A DNA stretch of 15,876 bases, from IMG/VR virus record IMGVR_UViG_3300045988_117093, positions 1 to 15,876 of that record. One strand, 5' to 3'. The stretch is from a virus. The position numbers and the translations under genes were made by a program. Each line of letters starts with the position of its first letter. Within the stretch, counting starts at the first letter, position 1. The notes beneath the pieces were generated by a model. It did not search any database. It saw only the letters and a list, made by a program, of their open reading frames with translations, and was not told where the DNA came from. This document shows, piece by piece, positions 14,450-15,876 of this stretch.

Positions 14450-14917
14450 TTATAAAAGATTAAAGACTTTCCATGTGAATTGTGAAAAATGTTCAGCTAT
14501 ATATGATACAGAAGATAAGAAAAGATATAGTAAAAATGTTGCCATGATAACGACGGACAAAATGCCTAAGAAAGAGGATATCTTTTCTAGTTTAGTGTAT
14601 GGCTCTTTTTCTTCTTCTATAGGTGCGTGCCTTTTTATCCAGTCTATTTCACTTTCATGTAATGTTTCACGTGAAACCTTTTCTGTATAAAGATTGCTAG
14701 ACGTGTCTGTCTCTATATAGTCTTTAATTCCATCTGTCGGATTGACGTAGCTCTGTCCATCAAAACCCACATAAATGTTTTTATTAGTATACAAATTTTC
14801 TACCCAGTATGGTGGGTCAACGAATAAGGATATGTAGTTGTTTAGTGAATTTTCAGTATAGAAGTCGTGCAATTCTACCCCAAAATCTGTAATGTTATGC
14901 AATCTGTATTGAATCAT
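14450..14917 (-). CDS. Early membrane-anchored protein with a C-terminal TM helix (155 aa)
   Basis: Hydrophobic segment ISSFLGILSVVIMATFLLYLFLSSV near the C-terminus, with RBS AAGGAGGAAAAATAA. I recognise no family. Confidence 0.6.
   Translation of the reverse strand: MIQYRLHNITDFGVELHDFYTENSLNNYISLFVDPPYWVENLYTNKNIYVGFDGQSYVNPTDGIKDYIETDTSSNLYTEKVSRETLHESEIDWIKRHAPIEEEKEPYTKLEKISSFLGILSVVIMATFLLYLFLSSVSYIAEHFSQFTWKVFNLL
14661..14677. promoter_or_regulatory. Palindromic motif locus e, inside the membrane-protein CDS
   Basis: AATGTTTCACGTGAAAC encodes ..VSRET.. in the 155-aa protein. It is the only copy inside a coding region. Confidence 0.45.
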
Positions 14918-15139
14918 TTATTTTTCCTCCTTTAAATAATATCTTTTTTTCCAATCATAATATAAGGCTCTAATTTTTTTCTCTTCTTCACTGCGCTCCG
15001 TTTCAGTAAAACTCGATAACTCTAAAAACGCTAAAAGTCTACCTAAATTACTTGACATAGCTATAATTGCATTATCATACAAACCTATAGAAATGTCTAG
15101 TTTAAATCTTTCATACTCTTCATTATATTTCTCATTCAT
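14918..15139 (-). CDS. Hypothetical early protein, paralog 2 of a tandem pair (73 aa)
   Basis: MNEKYNEEYERFKLDISIGLYDNAII...LGRLLAFLELSSFTETERSEEEKKIRALYYDWKKRYYLKEEK aligns end to end with the upstream 78-aa protein. Confidence 0.7.
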   Translation of the reverse strand: MNEKYNEEYERFKLDISIGLYDNAIIAMSSNLGRLLAFLELSSFTETERSEEEKKIRALYYDWKKRYYLKEEK

Positions 15140-15368
15140 TTATTTTTTCCTCCTTTGAATAATATCTTTTTTCCCAACAATTACACAATTCACGCAATTT
15201 ATTTTCTTCATTATCTCTCTCGTCCTCTGTGAAGTCTGATAGCTCTAAAAAGGTAGATAACCTACCAATTTGTATAGCCACTGCTACTAAAGATTTATCG
15301 TATAAACCTAGCTCTATATCTTGTTTACATAATTCATACGCTATTTTATATTTCTCATTCATTATCAT
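15132..15368 (-). CDS. Hypothetical early protein, paralog 1 of a tandem pair (78 aa)
   Basis: Homologous to 14918..15139 at both protein and DNA level. GGAGG lies 7 nt upstream of ATG 15368. Confidence 0.7.
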   Translation of the reverse strand: MIMNEKYKIAYELCKQDIELGLYDKSLVAVAIQIGRLSTFLELSDFTEDERDNEENKLRELCNCWEKRYYSKEEKINE

Positions 15369-15382
15369 TTTTATTCCTCCTT

Positions 15383-15703
15383 TTAATCAATCTCTAAAAT
15401 AAATTTTTTCAACACTAAATCTATAGTAGCCATATATTTATGCCCATCTTTTATATAATACATTCTATGCAAGTATCTTCCAGTGCTTCTTAAGCAATAA
15501 TCTATTGCACGCCCTGTATTATCAGTTTCACCTCGTTCTAAAATTTTAGCTATTCTGGTACGAATTTCATCATTTACTCTTATTACCATTCCTATTACAA
15601 AATCGTCGTTATTTATTTGTCTTTCAACTTCTTTCGCTTGTTTATAAAAGTTATATGAACCCTGTCCGTAACTTTCGCCCCATACAATCTTACCATTTAA
15701 CAT
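15383..15703 (-). CDS. Hypothetical first early protein (106 aa)
   Basis: I used ATG 15703 (TAAGGAGGAATAAAATT upstream, the mirror image of the left-end RBS). The ORF-track start at 15778 lies inside the ITR promoter and is rejected. Confidence 0.7.
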   Translation of the reverse strand: MLNGKIVWGESYGQGSYNFYKQAKEVERQINNDDFVIGMVIRVNDEIRTRIAKILERGETDNTGRAIDYCLRSTGRYLHRMYYIKDGHKYMATIDLVLKKFILEID

Positions 15704-15705
15704 AA

Positions 15706-15835
15706 TTTTATTCCTCCTTATTTTATATGGTTTCCTTGTTTCTATAATTATAATACCACATGCCCATTCATTTGTCAAGTATTTTTTCGTGCTTTTTAAT
15801 CAAATGGGGGACGTGGTCTCATTGGGAATAACGAA
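15706..15835. repeat. Right inverted terminal repeat
   Basis: Reverse complement of 42..171, with 124 of 130 positions identical. Confidence 0.95.
15750..15778 (-). promoter_or_regulatory. Sigma-A-type extended -10 promoter inside the right ITR (main early promoter)
   Basis: Mirror image of 99..127: TTGACA (15773..15778), 17-nt spacer, TGgTATTAT (-10 at 15750..15755). Confidence 0.75.
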
Positions 15836-15876
15836 AGATCGGAAGAGCGTCGTGTAGGGAAAGAGTGTAGATCTCG
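15836..15876. other. Illumina TruSeq adapter remnant (reverse complement)
   Basis: AGATCGGAAGAGCGTCGTGTAGGGAAAGAGTGTAGATCTCG is the exact reverse complement of 1..41. Confidence 0.97.

Noticed and set aside
2052-14690. Plus-strand ORFs from the six-frame track: 2052..2234, 2168..2440, 2689..3009, 2825..3034, 4191..4448, 5426..5608, 5862..6140, 6521..6730, 6839..7165, 8106..8357, 8962..9204, 10721..10933, 10985..11182, 12197..12403, 12663..12863, 14436..14690.
   Set aside because: All lie antisense inside well-supported minus-strand genes. They lack Shine-Dalgarno sites, have Cys/Phe/Leu/Ser-rich low-complexity translations typical of shadow ORFs in AT-rich DNA, and have no promoter.
15704-15778. 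N-terminal extensions suggested by the ORF track: 15383..15778, 9405..10478, 2003..2755, and the GTG/TTG starts at 1995 and 14257.
   Set aside because: The extensions run into the ITR promoter, the palindrome site or the upstream gene, and they lack an SD. In every case an internal ATG with a canonical GGAGG 7-9 nt upstream is present.
1-15876. Search for tRNA or rRNA genes, CRISPR arrays, integrase, repressor or excisionase, and toxin or defence cassettes.
   Set aside because: I found no cloverleaf-like or rRNA-like sequence, no spaced direct-repeat array, and no recombinase or CI-like ORF. The genome is fully accounted for by a lytic phi29-like gene set plus small orphan ORFs.

Overview
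The window is an essentially complete linear dsDNA genome of about 15.8 kb (biological sequence 42..15835). It belongs to a small phi29-like, protein-primed podovirus with a Picovirinae/Salasmaviridae-type gene set. The host is probably a low-GC Gram-positive bacterium, judging from AT-rich DNA and strong AAGGAGG Shine-Dalgarno sites. Both ends still carry 41-nt Illumina TruSeq adapter remnants.

Inverted terminal repeats (ITRs) of about 130 bp each contain a near-consensus extended -10 promoter firing inward. All genes but one lie on the minus strand.

- Right-end early module: orphan small genes, a tandem paralog pair, a membrane protein, an AbrB/SpoVT-like regulator, the terminal protein and a family-B DNA polymerase. 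These are followed by a diverged duplicate of the polymerase 3' end with its own promoter, then p6-like and p5-like DNA-binding proteins.
- After an intrinsic terminator: a gp16-like packaging ATPase, a 252-bp non-coding island, a holin, a GH25 endolysin, a tail peptidoglycan hydrolase, scaffold, major capsid, tail knob, portal, lower collar and two fibre genes.
- This operon ends at a bidirectional terminator shared with the single plus-strand gene.

The main unexplained signals are:
1. A perfect palindrome, TGTTTCACGTGAAACA, present in 7 full or half copies at 5 loci, mostly at module junctions.
2. A promoter, structured RNA and terminator-like unit next to the ATPase gene, a candidate pRNA-like small RNA.
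3. The in-frame polymerase C-terminal fragment.
4. An AbrB-type protein in the position of phi29 regulator p4.

I saw no integrase, tRNA, rRNA or CRISPR array. All protein-family calls are by-eye motif recognition and need HMM or BLAST confirmation.
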